A stretch of DNA of 53,646 nucleotides from the NCBI GenBank assembly GCA_000320545.1, contig ADNK01002860.1:1-53646 (forward strand), written 5' to 3'. The position numbers and the translations under genes are program-made. The notes under the pieces are model-generated. The model was not told the origin of the DNA, made no database searches, and saw nothing but the letters and a program-made list of their open reading frames with translations. This DNA comes from Bigelowiella natans CCMP2755 (lineage: Eukaryota; Protista; Cercozoa). Shown here piece by piece: positions 39,824-52,118 of the stretch (within the stretch, counting starts at the first letter, position 1; each line of letters begins with the position of its first letter).

Positions 39824-40302
39824 ATGCCTGAAATTACCAAGGGAGTCTCTTTCGATACTATTGCGCGCGAGTGGCGTTGCAAGTGGGATACCAAGGAGAC
39901 CTTGGCGAAAGTCCAAGAGGTTAGAGCAAGATTCTGGCCTTACAACGAGTGTCGACACGAATGATTTGAATCAGGTTCTTGACGGAGTGAAGAGCGAGCT
40001 TAAAAAAGTTGAAGGCCTCAAGGGGGTCTCTCGAACAGTATGCGGAGGATGCCTTGATTTTAAGGTTCTCTTTGAATGCAAACGAGGAATTATATCTTGC
40101 GATAGCTGCTGAGCGCTGATTGCATGCATGTTTTTTAATATTTTTTGTAAAGGTTGCTGTTTCCGTAGCTGCTGCGAATTTCGGGGATTTTGAAAAGGCC
40201 AAATTTGGCCCTGAGGAGAAATTCATCGAAGCTCTGAAGAAAATCGAGGGAGTTTCGCAAGTTGAAACCCAAACCTTCACCATCATGCCAGTTGAATTGT
40301 GA
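39824..40302 (+). CDS. Small conserved-looking algal protein of unknown function (111 aa, CGGC motif)
   Basis: Exons 39824-39919, 39975-40064, 40153-40302, all phase 0: MPEITKGVSFDTIAREWRCKW...|VLDG...RTVCGGCLDFK|VAVSV...FGPEEKFIEALKKIEGVSQVETQTFTIMPVEL*. Confidence 0.9.
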
Positions 40303-40439
40303 CTCGAGTAGCTAAGTAACATAATGACTACAGCTCCTAGTCTGCCTGCCTGGCTAGCTGGGCGATGGAGTTCGGGTGAAAACAAGGTCATCACAGCTTC
40401 TATCACTCGATTATAATTCAAAAATTCTATGATAACAAC

Positions 40440-40980
40440 GATGTATGGTTGTCAGCGCATGCGCACACGCATATCTATCTAGACACACGTGCAGATGAGC
40501 GATCCGATGGAACTAATACATTTCTTGCACTATGCTTATCTGTGCGTGTAAGTTTTCTTATAAGCACATGTGTAGTGATTACATCAGCATGACATGCGCA
40601 TGCATGGTGAAACAACGCATCTCTAGATCTACGCGCACCACACACGCTAGCATATCGTCTAAAATAAGCTATAGCTAGCTAGAAGGGCTACTTACCGTCC
40701 TCGCTGGATGTGTGTGCCTTCATCATACACCGTAACGTTGCGCACTGTGCATAACACGTACGTACACACTAGCACAGGCAACACTGCGCCAGCAGTTACA
40801 ATCCAGCACAAATGAGCACGCCTTATCTAGCCAAAATAGACATGGAATAAATTCATTGTGTCTATTGTAGCCATGCAGCATATAGCATGGCATTGATACC
40901 TCATAAACAAATAACACATTACATTGCAGCTGACATTTCACTGTCATGACGAATGCTTCACAGCTTGCGTTAATCTAGTT
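40440..40980. other. TG/CA/CTAG-enriched tract between convergent genes
   Basis: Alternating purine-pyrimidine words (gcgcatgcgcacacgc, gctagctag); partial TpA loss. Confidence 0.6.
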
Positions 40981-41054
40981 AATTGTAAAGCGAAGTAAAT
41001 CCCAAATGTGCCCGATTACCTTCTACTTTATCTATTTATAGATGTATCGTATGC

Positions 41055-43182
41055 CTACACAGCCACATGCTGTGCTATCGTTTTTTTCTTCGGTGCTAAT
41101 CTGTAGCATTCAACTGTATCTAAACAATCTTTTGATTCACCATCTGGGTCCCCACCTACCGCGAACAATTTATCTCCATCAGGAGATATAGCCAAAGCAA
41201 GCGAGGTTCTTCCCGTTTTTAGTCTGGGCCCTGGGTTGCTCCATTTACTTTCTTCGAAATCGTAAACTTCCATACCCTTTAAAGGCGTGCTTTGTTCACT
41301 TGGACTTCCTCCTACCACGTAGAGCTTATTTCCATTTGGGGATATAGCTACAGCATGATTTACTCGCTTTGAAAGGAGTGTCCCTGGAATGAATGTCCAT
41401 TCGCAAGTCGTAAAATCATAAACTTCCGCTGTCCGTAGAGCTCTCCCGCCGAATTGACATTTACTTGCAGATGAAACGCCACATCCTCCCACAGCATAAA
41501 TTTTCGATCCATCGGGAGACACGGCAATTCCAAAGCCCGTCCTGCATCGCTTCATCGGGGGCAAATCATACCTAAAGAGGGAATTCGATCAATATCCAGA
41601 ATCTCTTGCTACATTATGTAATATAAACATCATGATGATTATTCACTTTCCTATAACAAGATCCATAATCAACACAATTAATCTATTTTTGTAATTTTAG
41701 TTGTAATATAGCACATTGTGTTACCACTGGCTGGTTTTGAAGTCATAGTATTCTGCTGAATTGGCAGGTCGGCCCTCCACGAAGCCCCCGACCGCAAACA
41801 ATCGTCGTCCATCTTTCCCCATGGCTACACCGTGTCCATACCGAGCGAATTTCATGGGAGTGTTCAACATCTTCCACATCTGCACCGAAAAGTCGAAATA
41901 CTCAATAGTATTCGAAGGACTTCCATTCGCTATCCCTCCTACAGCATACAGTCTCTTCCCATCAGGCGATATTGCTGCTCCTAACCCGGAGCGTTTCAGC
42001 TTCATTGCTTCTGGAAGAAGGTTCCAATTTTTGGTGTAAAAATCGTAGTACTCGCAAGAATTTAGCGGGGTTGACCTTCCGGAGTCCCCGCCGATTACAA
42101 ATAGTTTTTTACCATCTGGCGACATGACTGCTGCATGATCGCATCTCCCACAGTGCATGCTAGACTTCAGGGGCAGCCACCCACTCATATTTGGGCTTTC
42201 AAAGTGACGCTCGTTTGCTTCAAGGGTTTTGAAATCTAAGCTGGGTTCAGTGCATTTCACTAGATAAAGCTCTTTAGCTTCATTCATTCCTTTTGTGACA
42301 GCCTCTCTAAACAAAACTTTGAATTTCGGCGGTTGAAGCAACAAAGGTTGCGGCTGTGTAATTATCTGTTCAGTAAGGTTCACTATCCGACAAATTCTTC
42401 GCTGTCTGTTCGGAATGTGGAGTGCGTTGTTTAATCTAGAATTGCATCTCTTCATATCAGATTTACTGCTTTGGACTTCGACTAGGTTTCCCTTCAGGTT
42501 TAAGACACATTTACCATAAGCAATTTCTATACTTTTGTTACATTGTACCCGTTCTCGAGCTATGGTGTTTATGAGCTTATCGAAGTGAGATCTCGATTTT
42601 TGTTTGGCTGCTTCTTTTTGAAGGTTGAGATTCTCAATCGCAGTCACCACTTGCTTCTCAGATTCATCCATGAGAGCACAATAAAGACCATATTTCTCCA
42701 TTTGGGAACGCTCCTTGGCTGTGAGTGGGAGGACGGTATTTTCACCGTTGTTTATCCTTCTTTCCTGCAAGGGCCCTCCGACTCCTTGGCGAAGCTTGCC
42801 CCTAGAAATCAAAGAGCGACGTGCCATAGCTTCGCTTCCATCTGCACTTGCAATACTCTCTAATATTTTGGCGGCATCCATCTCATTGAAGCCCAGCTCA
42901 ACAAGAATATCTACTGTGGCATCTTGCAGTGTAGCCCCATCGATGTCAATCTCTAGACACTGCTTCGCATATTCTGTCCACCGTATGCTTTTGCCCAAAC
43001 TTCTCACAAAATATGCAACCTAATTTATATGTGGTTCCGGAATATTAAATCGATCAGCGGAGCTTATATCGAAATTAATAGAAATTTTGAACTATGCGTA
43101 CTTGCTCAGATGTCCACTCGGAAACGTTGGAAGAGATTGAACTGGTATTAATCCTTAGGCGACCCAGTTGTGACGATTTCAT
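41055..43182 (-). CDS. SAM domain + coiled coil + ~6 Kelch repeats (630 aa, 3 exons)
   Basis: Exons 43182-43102, 43019-41725, 41571-41055 are in frame. SAM: WTSEQVAYFVRSLG...Y...IDGATL. Repeats R-x5-A(V/I)SPDGKKLYAVGG...E-YDF...W. Confidence 0.9.
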
Positions 43183-43931
43183 GAGAGATGCGAGAGTGAG
43201 TGTGTGCGACGTTTAGTCCAGACGTAGCCTGTGTAATCATTTTAATAATTGTTAAGGGTTGAAATGAGTATCGTGGAGATATAGATCATGTCATCAAGGA
43301 TTAGTCTTCCAATCGACCTTCGATTTGGGGATAATGATACACTTACAAAGCCAAGCGCTCCCCTTATGTGAGTCCGCTACAGCAGCTTGGAACAAGAGGT
43401 AGCGGATTCGCAGTAAGAGTTTAATAAGGAAGAGCGCGAGAATACTATGTAAATTTAAAGGATAATTTCAATCAGAAACATGAATATTACTTTGACGTAT
43501 AACAAAATGCACGTGCAACTAATATTGAGATATTATGTCATCAAGCTGAAATCAATTCGAACACCTGCAGCCTGTAAAATCAAATACTGCGTCAACATAA
43601 TAGGTATGTCGTTAAATTATAAACTAATCCTTTCCTTCTCATAAAAAAATTCAATGGAATTCCGCTAGAGTTATCAGTGTCTTACAGTTATAGTAAGAAA
43701 GAAGTTTATTAGAGTTTCAGAAAAAACCAACACCGTTTGGCATCTAAATGTCGAGTAAACGTAGGGCGTTCATATTATATCTTCATGAACATCAGGTAAT
43801 GGCAGAGACCTGCAAAAGGAACAACCGTACTTGCAATGCCAGCTCTCCCCTTCGAGTACGAGTTCGTAGACTCGTAACAAAACCACGAAAACTTCTTGAA
43901 GATGAACAATAATGGCGAAAAATTATTATAT

Positions 43932-43988
43932 TCATTTATTCTTCGGATTCGGTTCCCGTAATTCATTTATTCTTCGGATTCGGTTCCC
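43932..43988. repeat. Short direct repeat x2 in the divergent promoter interval
   Basis: attcatttattcttcggattcggttcccg occurs twice in tandem. Confidence 0.85.
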
Positions 43989-44928
43989 GGAACCTTCAGG
44001 TCCTACTAATAAAACCCAACTCCGACGTAAATTAAAGAAGAACCTCCTGGATTTGGGAGATCAGTTTGTAAATACCGGTGATCCTTGGTAGCGACTGTCA
44101 TTTCAGAATTACCTAATGAACTATTTATCACAAACGACAAGAATATTTCCAATATTATGAGTAAAACACCCTGTTGTGTTTTATGACCGAGTGCGTAGTG
44201 AGTTAATATTCTCCGAGTCATCCGATGTTTCGGTCTATGTTGCTGTATTTGGATGTGGATGTATCCATTAAATTAGAAAAAGACAATAAATATTATTGTC
44301 GTTATTAAAAAATATAATCATAATTTGTCAAAAAATGATATATTTAGCTGAAACATGATCTGCTTTAAACATTGACCGTAATAATAATTCTTCGGGTGAT
44401 GGTCCGAAGAATTTCGAGAAGCTTTGGAAGCACACTGATTAATTGGACAATCGAAACCAAGGCTAATTAATTGTAGTTATAGCTTCGGCTAAAGATTATG
44501 TTTAAAAAATAGATATTAGGGAAAATGTGGACACAGAAGAGAGGAAAAGATATATCTTAGCTACTACCTCGCAAACACTTACCAATAAGACCAGAGGTAA
44601 CCCGCCCTCTCCCCCCCCCCAAATAAGATGGTCGATTTTAGAACCAGTCACAATTAATTTACCATAAATAGTGGAATTTATTGAAAGTTATATGTTCCTA
44701 TGGAAGAACGTAGCATGAAGAGGATAAAAGCTTTGATGTTGATGACGTTTATTAAAATGCACTCCTTTCTTTCGGATAGATAGATGATCTCTCTAAATGC
44801 ATGCGACACTTAGAAAAGAAAAAGAAAGATATCGTAGTAATTTCGTCGAGAAAATAATGTATGCTCAAAGTTTCGTTCGAAAAATGTGATGGTGTTGCAT
44901 CTACTGAATGGTTGTCAATCTCAGAACA

Positions 44929-46221
44929 ATGCAAGCATCGGAGAAACCAACAACAGGGGTGGAGAAGGCTCCTGTCAAGGAGGAGGAGAAGAGGGAACCA
45001 GTGGAAGGAGCTGAGAAGCCAGAAGGAAAGGGTACTGGAGGAGAAAAGGAAAAGGAAAATGAAGAAGGAAAGGAAACTCAATTTTCGCAAGTTGCAGAAA
45101 CTTTTGACGATATGAAACTTAAGCAGAACCTGCTTCGTGGTATTTATTCGTATGGTTTTGAGAAACCATCTACCATCCAGCAACGTGGTATCCTTCCTAT
45201 TCTGGCTGGTCACGATATGATCGGCCAAGCCCAATCTGGTACCGGTAAAACGGCAACCTTCGTGATCGCAACACTACAGAAGATCGACCTCCAAACACAT
45301 GCAACGCAAGCCCTCATCCTCGCCCCAACCCGAGAGCTTGCACAGCAAATCCAAAAAGTCGCAAGCGCTCTTGGAGACTATTTGAACATAACCTCCCACG
45401 TTTGCGTCGGTGGTACCTCGGTCCGTGAAGACATGAATGTGCTCCAAAAGGGAGTGCAGCTTGTCGTCGGTACCCCTGGACGAGTTTTCGACATGATTCG
45501 CCGTGGAGCAATCCGAGTCAACAAGATCCACACCTTCGTCCTCGACGAAGCTGATGAAATGCTTTCAAGAGGATTCCGTGACCAAATTTATGACATCTTC
45601 CAGGAGATGCCTGGTGAGGTTCAGGTGTGCCTGTTTTCGGCCACAATGCCTCAAGACGTCCTTGAAGTCTCCGACAAATTTATGAGAAAACCTGTGCGTA
45701 TCCTCGTGAAACGCGCTGCCGTAACACTGGACGGTATCAAGCAATTTTACATCCACGTAGAGAAAGAGGATTGGAAGCTTGAAACCCTCTGTGATCTTTA
45801 CGATACTCTTTCTATTACACAAGCTATTATTTATTGCAACACACGTCGTAAAGTCGACTGGTTGACTGAAAAAATGTCCGAGCGTGACCACACTGTAAGT
45901 GCTATGCACGGAGAAATGACATCGAAAGAACGCGGAAGCATCATGAAGGAATTCAGGTCTGGATCCTCCCGTGTCCTTATTACCACCGACCTCCTCGCCC
46001 GAGGAATTGACGTGCAGCAAGTGTCTCTCGTCATCAACTACGACCTCCCCGGTGATCGCGAAAATTACATCCACCGCATTGGACGCTCTGGACGTTTCGG
46101 TCGTAAGGGAGTTGCTATTAACTTCGTCACCAACGATGACACCAGGAACCTCAAGGAACTTGAAGAGTTCTACAATACCCAAATTGAAGAGATGCCCATG
46201 AACATCGCTGAGCTTCTGTAA
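44929..46221 (+). CDS. EIF4A: Eukaryotic translation initiation factor 4A (DEAD-box RNA helicase); CDS intronless, probable 5'-UTR intron 44597-44924
   Basis: [85 protein letters not shown] and C-terminal [12 protein letters not shown]. The ATG follows tctcag|aaca. Confidence 0.97.
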   Translation: MQASEKPTTGVEKAPVKEEEKREPVEGAEKPEGKGTGGEKEKENEEGKETQFSQVAETFDDMKLKQNLLRGIYSYGFEKPSTIQQRGILPILAGHDMIGQAQSGTGKTATFVIATLQKIDLQTHATQALILAPTRELAQQIQKVASALGDYLNITSHVCVGGTSVREDMNVLQKGVQLVVGTPGRVFDMIRRGAIRVNKIHTFVLDEADEMLSRGFRDQIYDIFQEMPGEVQVCLFSATMPQDVLEVSDKFMRKPVRILVKRAAVTLDGIKQFYIHVEKEDWKLETLCDLYDTLSITQAIIYCNTRRKVDWLTEKMSERDHTVSAMHGEMTSKERGSIMKEFRSGSSRVLITTDLLARGIDVQQVSLVINYDLPGDRENYIHRIGRSGRFGRKGVAINFVTNDDTRNLKELEEFYNTQIEEMPMNIAELL

Positions 46222-46429
46222 GCGCCGTCATAGGAAGAAACGAGAATTTACATTCACATACCTACCATCCCATCACCTGCACTCTCATCACACTCTCACC
46301 ATCTCGTTTCAAGAAGCAAAGCACTGTCGGGCGACTGTTGGTTTACCTTATGACGACTCGTGTTCTTTCATTGAGAGCCGATTCTGATTTGTCTTATGAT
46401 CAAGCCATCATTTCCATGCTTGGCGTGCC

Positions 46430-47250
46430 ACGTACATGCTATTGATGGGTCATATGTCGTAAATGTAGGAGTAAGAATTTTGTAAGATTGTCAATCTTGC
46501 TATTTCTGCACGTATTGTACACCATAAATCTATCCAAATATTGCTGGATTAAGGTGATACTAAGCGAGGGCATGATTTTAATCCCACAACGTTGTGTTAC
46601 GTTGAGGTGAACAGCTGTGCTTTCATCAGTACCATTATACTTTATGCATGCATTGACTGCATTGCAATTAGCATGACATTTGTGCGACATTGGTGTCAGG
46701 TGTGTGCGATGCATGTTCAGCGCTCGTCTTGCGTGCTGCGTGTCTTAGCTTGCCACAACCACAACCGGTTGTACGTATATAGACTGTGGTATATCCGATA
46801 TGTAGCAAATTAAATGTGTGACATACGTACCATATGTGATAGCATGTGCTAGCATGCTCATGCACAATTAAACTGTAGCAAGCTGCTAGCTGTATAGCTG
46901 TAGCGCTATGACATGTGCACGTACACATACCTGCATAGTAGATACCTCAATGATGAAATAGCAGCACACACAAATGCGCTAGCATGCTAGCCGTGTATAA
47001 TAAGGCGTGCACTATAGCCGCGCCTACATGTGCGTGTACTGTCTTTTTGCAATAATAGACACAGCACGTCTATGACATCTAGCTAGTAGACGCGCTACAC
47101 AAGCGTTGCTATTCTCACGTGATCGACCGGTGTACTAGTGTAGTCGCATGCATCGCCGATAGCTAGATAGACGCACCGTGTGACAATCTAGACATTTCAA
47201 CGCTGCACCCATCTAGCCATGCGATACATGCATGTGATGCCTGAGAGATG
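46430..47250. other. TG/CA/CTAG-enriched tract between convergent eIF4A and ZNF706-like genes
   Basis: Dense catg/tgca/ctag words; partial TpA loss. Confidence 0.65.
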
Positions 47251-47379
47251 ATCGATTTGAGAAGATATATGCTATTTGTCACACCTTAACATTACAAGAA
47301 TAATTATTAAGAGCGGAGAAACATCTGCGGAGACACACCCTATTCTAGTATACCACCATATCGCGATGATACCTGTGCT

Positions 47380-48487
47380 TTAATTAACAGCGGTTTCAGC
47401 AGCTTGCACTATTTTGGGAGCCTTGTCTCCGTAAGATTTCTCAAGAGCGGCTTCCAATTTTTCCCACTTCCCAGCGTATTTCTTCATGATTTTCTCTATA
47501 TTTCCAGCCTGATCACGGTCGGTGATATAAATCAATTAACTCAAACATGGGAACAGCAGTTTAAAATGAGTACGCTAAGTAATTTCCAGGAAATTAAGTT
47601 AAGTCAAAATAGCTGGTAGTGAGTCTGCATAATTTATTCGTGATTGTGGTCCATTTTGTGCTGCTCTGAAGTATTCTACGTATAATCAATACACCTTATC
47701 CGGCGCATGTTCCTCGTAGAAGCTGATATATCGCAATAAAGTGAAATGCCACTTTTGTTAAGCAGACAATCTTCTATTTTGCTGCACCACATGTACATGA
47801 GGAGCAAATACTTCATACACACACACACACATACATCATTCTCTCCTCTTCTCCCCTTTCTAATTCCTATTTACCTTCGCAGGCACGCCTTAATAGCAAA
47901 GATTTTTTTTTTAGCATCTTCCGCCGCCTTCTTCTTACGACGTTTCTCATCTTCAATCGCCTTTTTCTCTGCCTCCGCTTCCTGATGAGTCGGTACAAAA
48001 AATCGAAGACAAACATGAGTGAAGAACTCTGAAGCATATTCGAACTCTTTGGCTCGGCATCTCGAATCTTTCCAGCCTTCAATTATTTAAATATGATCTC
48101 ACTTCTTTTCGTCTTTGCCAGTCGGTAGGAAGACTACTTTTTGGATGGCGAGCATAGAAATGCTCCAACGCCACTTTAAGATTAGCAAGGGACTGCTTGC
48201 ACTCAGGGCACACAAAGCGAAATCCTGCCATTCGCGCCTGATGGACATAGTTTCGTTCTATTATTTTTTCACACAGATATTTTATTTGTAGACAAAGAAC
48301 TGCAACCTTCTCCTGCGCTTTTGGGTCTCTTTTCTGACTTTTTCGTTCTGCCTCGAGCCGCTGCGAGATGTACCACAGATATGCAAGATGCAGCCGTTTA
48401 GATTTGAAACAAAGAAATACGCTAGATATTGAATCTGACTTTGAGCCTTTTGGCCTGTGACTTCACTTTTGCATTGCCTCTGACCAT
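47380..48487 (-). CDS. ZNF706/SERF(4F5)-like C2H2 zinc-finger protein with C-terminal helical extension (166 aa, 6 exons)
   Basis: Exons 48487-48440, 48360-48307, 48237-48103, 47981-47875, 47722-47695, 47508-47380 are in frame: MVRGNAKVKSQAKRLK...CPECKQSLANLKVALEHFYARHPK...FYEEHAPDKAGNIEKIMKKYAGKWEKLEAALEKSY...*. Confidence 0.85.
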
Positions 48488-48720
48488 CGGTGGGGACAGG
48501 AGCAGTGGCTGAGAGCTGCAAAAATCGTTTACATTTATTCAGTTTCTAGGAATGCGTGCTCGTTTCTCTTTTTTCGAAATGGTGAGCCACTTCGAATCAT
48601 AGAGGACTAAAGGATGCAATGAAAATTCGTGCCATCGTGCTCAGCCTCGAGGCACCTGAGGTTGCTCCGGGGAGGGGGTAGATCTAATGGGAGAAGCGGT
48701 ACAACGAAGAAGGAACTGGA

Positions 48721-50431
48721 ATGAGTGTAATTCCCTTGTTACGACAATTAAAAATGAGTTGTCGTAAGGCAAATATCAAATTTATCAGGAATACCCCAAA
48801 TAGAACCCATTTGAGAAATACGACAGAAAATCGCTGTCGAAATACAAATAAAGCGCATGGCGGCCGGCTCCTCCGCGTCATCACCATCGTCGTACCTAGC
48901 ATTCGCTCTGCAACCTTCGTTCTAGCACTCCTCTGCTCTCCTTTCTTCGATCTAGGCCTTTCAAATGCCCAACAACTCGAAGTCTGGGAAGCTTCTGCTC
49001 CGCAAGCGATGCAGCGTATGAATTTTGTTCTCTGCTCCGTATTAAGTCACACCTTCCTCATTTGTTTGGGTGCTGTTCATAGACGAGCAAGCTCATCCTA
49101 AGCGTAATGCCCGGTTGCAACTAGCTTTAGAGGACATTCAGGTCGTTATGATCGTGGGACTGGCGGCTAGCAATGATCTTAACCAATCCATGATGCGTAG
49201 GAAATGCTTGAAGCCGTCCGGGCAGCTGCAGCTTCCAGAAAATCGGAAGGGCGCTCATTGGCCTCGTTATCGGTGTGTGATCTTACATCTCCAAATCAGA
49301 GGCTTTTCTTTCATCTACAAGAATCAGAAAGGTCAGGATAAATCTACAAATGTCATTTAAAACGAAACTTGAGAGACTTCTCTCTGTACTATCATCAAAC
49401 AGGAACGTATCTAGGTCCCATCTGTGCAGCGCGTGCGACGCATTTCGAAGAGGAGAGAAAAATCTTTGCTTGCTATCAAGCTCTCATCACTGCATTCTTG
49501 CCGCCCCTCGTTCAAAGTAGTGCATGCCTGCTTGCAATTCCTTTCATGTCCTCATCCCTATCTCCCTTTTGGCAATACGATAATGAATTGCGTTGTTAAT
49601 GTTTCTCAATAGAAGCGAGGCAGAAAGGATATTTAAGTACTTGAGGTATAGCAAGGCGCCATTTTTTATCTTCGCGCCGTCTCACCTGGTTTTGAGTGCG
49701 AGTTGGCAAGCACTCACATCTCGCTTTCGTCTTCAACATTCTGGTCGCGGGAGAGCATCATCTGCTGCAGGGCGATCTCGAGGAGGGGGGGGATTTCGAC
49801 GAGGTTATGGCGGCAATAGAGGTGGGAGACATGGTTTCTATGAAGGAGGAGCTGAGGGTGCAACTTCTTCTATGACAGCTACAGCAGCAGGATCAGCAAC
49901 GAAAGGGGTGGATAATACATACCCATGTTCTTCTCGCATTGAATTCTTTTACCTAATTGTTATTTCATATGTAGGTATTCTTCATATGTCCTACGATGAA
50001 GGCGGCAGTAGACGATGGCGCAGTCGGCAAGGCTTCGTTGCATGCTAAAGAAAAGCGGAAGATTTGGTTTTGCGGAGGCTGGGACAATCCTGAGGTTGCA
50101 TCATCACCAACGCATCTGCATTTCGTGTTTTTCTTATATAGAAATAAGAGGTTTCTTTCCTTCGCCTATACCTGGCGTACTATACCTCGTTGTTACACAA
50201 AGGAGAGGGAAAACGCCATTGGAGCTTTCATTCGGGCTCAGTGTCAGCGAGCTTCCCGTAAAGAGGTGATCAATAAGTTAAATTCGTTTGTCAATGTGCT
50301 CTTCAGTCTAGTATCGTGAGACTTACACTGCCTGTTGCCTTTGTCATCAGGATTATGCTAAACTGTGCAGGACGCCAGAGCAGTTGCTGTCGCGTCTGCG
50401 GAAGAAGAAAAGAGATAAAGCTAGGTATTGA
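48721..50431 (+). CDS. Hypothetical multi-exon protein with RGG insert; possible degenerate adenine-methyltransferase-like fold; start uncertain
   Basis: About 8 phase-compatible GT-AG exons: ...ALEDIQ|EMLEAV...SVCDLTSPNQRLFFHLQE...HCILAAPRSK|SEAERIFKYLRYSKAPFFIFAPSHLV...RGGGGFRRGYGGNRGG...|VFFICP...KIWFCGGW...|DYAKLCRTPEQLLSRLRKKKRDKARY* (last exon 50351-50431). Confidence 0.65.
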
Positions 50432-50449
50432 GTTACTTATGATTATGCC

Positions 50450-50750
50450 ATGCACGTTATGTGTGATTAACATATAAAAATAACACATACACGTAATGGA
50501 ATACAGCTACACTGCGTTAGCTTTTCTTGAAGAGCGTATAGAAGCAATATGGCAGTTGATCGATCGCTTGCACCGGTACCAACCACGAAGCTTCATCGTG
50601 CTTCAGTGCAAAAACAGCATCGACAAATGAAGCTCGCAACACAAGCGCTTAGGAGTCGTACCGACCTGGCAAGCTACGCATGGCTAGATGTCAATAATGG
50701 CGTGCACTGTGCGAACAGCGTGTGGGTGCGCATTGCAATGATAGACATGC

Positions 50751-50799
<49 letters not shown>

Positions 50800-51600
50800 T
50801 GCTGTGTCTATTTTAAGGTATACTTATGATAGACATGCAATATATTATGTACACATCATGTACATCACATTGCTAGATTGCTGTGTCTATTGTTGTAGCA
50901 TGTGCATGCAATATAGCAAAATGGTGTCATGCATGATGATCAAATCTAGAAATGAGAGCGGCCTGCTTTTAGCTAGAGCAGGGCAAACAAGTTCCAGCCG
51001 TGCTTGCATGGGGGATGCGAGTGATGTCTGGTCATGTCTAGATGTGCCGTCCATGTGTGTCAGTCGCGTAGCACAGCTAGTGGGCCACACTTGCGCACAC
51101 ATGCTAGCATGCTCTCATCGCATGCAGTCTGACAGTCGGCAATGTTAACAAAGTGTTCAGTCGAGCTCAATGAGCACCCTCTTGACCAGCTAGCCAGTTG
51201 AGCTGCTGTGTGTCCAGCTATGCAGCACATGCATGCACGATGCACACAGCTAGATGCATCAATTCAACACGCAACTGCACCACTAGACCATTCTAGTATT
51301 GCAAGATGCATGCAGATTAGATTTCACGCACGGCACACGTTGTGATTGCTGACAGACTGCTGCTGGTGCGCTTTCTGGCTTTGCACGCGTCACTGTCTTG
51401 CTGTGGCCATGTTCGGCCATTGGGCAACAACACGCACACAATTGTCATTGAACGTGATGATGTGCGCATCATGCAATGATGACGCTCGCCCAACCAAGCT
51501 TCAGTGGTGTGGGGATGGCTGAAACCTCACTTACGATGCGTCGAAGTGTGTCACTTGTGTGTGTTTCAGTCTGGTTTTCCCCCAAATGGGCATCGCTGTC
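50450..51600. other. TpA-depleted intergenic tract (interrupted by a (TA)n microsatellite at ~50755-50790)
   Basis: About 16 TpA in 50941-51600, 9 in CTAG; only 1 in 51361-51600. Confidence 0.8.
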
Positions 51601-52118
51601 GGAAGACTACCCTTCAGCTTGTACGATTGCTTCGATTGTTCCTTACTGCGACAAGGAAAAATTCATGACGCCGCTACGAAATCTACTTGACTCAATTTGA
51701 GCAAAAGACACCGAAAGGATGCCATTTTTAACGATTCTCTTCTCGAGTTCGGGAATTTTCATCTTTCCCACGAGAAAAAAGATGGGGAAGAAAAAGAGGA
51801 CGAGAAGAGAAATCTTGGGTGAGCCATAAAAGCATAAATGTAGGAGATGTTTTGGATGCGACAGAAATAGAAACAACATATTGTACGGAATTGACCACAA
51901 GAGAAGAGATTTCGTACAAGAGAAAGGAATCGGAACAAGCTCCCTCTTTCCATGTTCAACGGCATTAAAAAACGCAATCAATTTTCGATAAAATGTAGTT
52001 CGAAATCTTGACGCAGAATAAAACTAGGGGTTTCATTGCTAATTTTATGCCTCCATAATTTCTGAAAAGTCACCCAATCAACCAAGAGAATAGCTCTGAG
52101 CCACAGATCGACTAAATC

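Noticed and set aside
39432-40112. 226-aa ORF as a gene
   Set aside because: Only its end overlaps exon 2 of the spliced 111-aa gene; the rest is promoter or off-frame sequence.
44908-44928. Upstream ATG (MVVNLRT) as the eIF4A start
   Set aside because: It lies before a good acceptor (tctcag at 44924) and is probably intronic; not proven without cDNA.
45565-46182. 205-aa antisense ORF in eIF4A
   Set aside because: Typical antisense shadow of a codon-biased gene.
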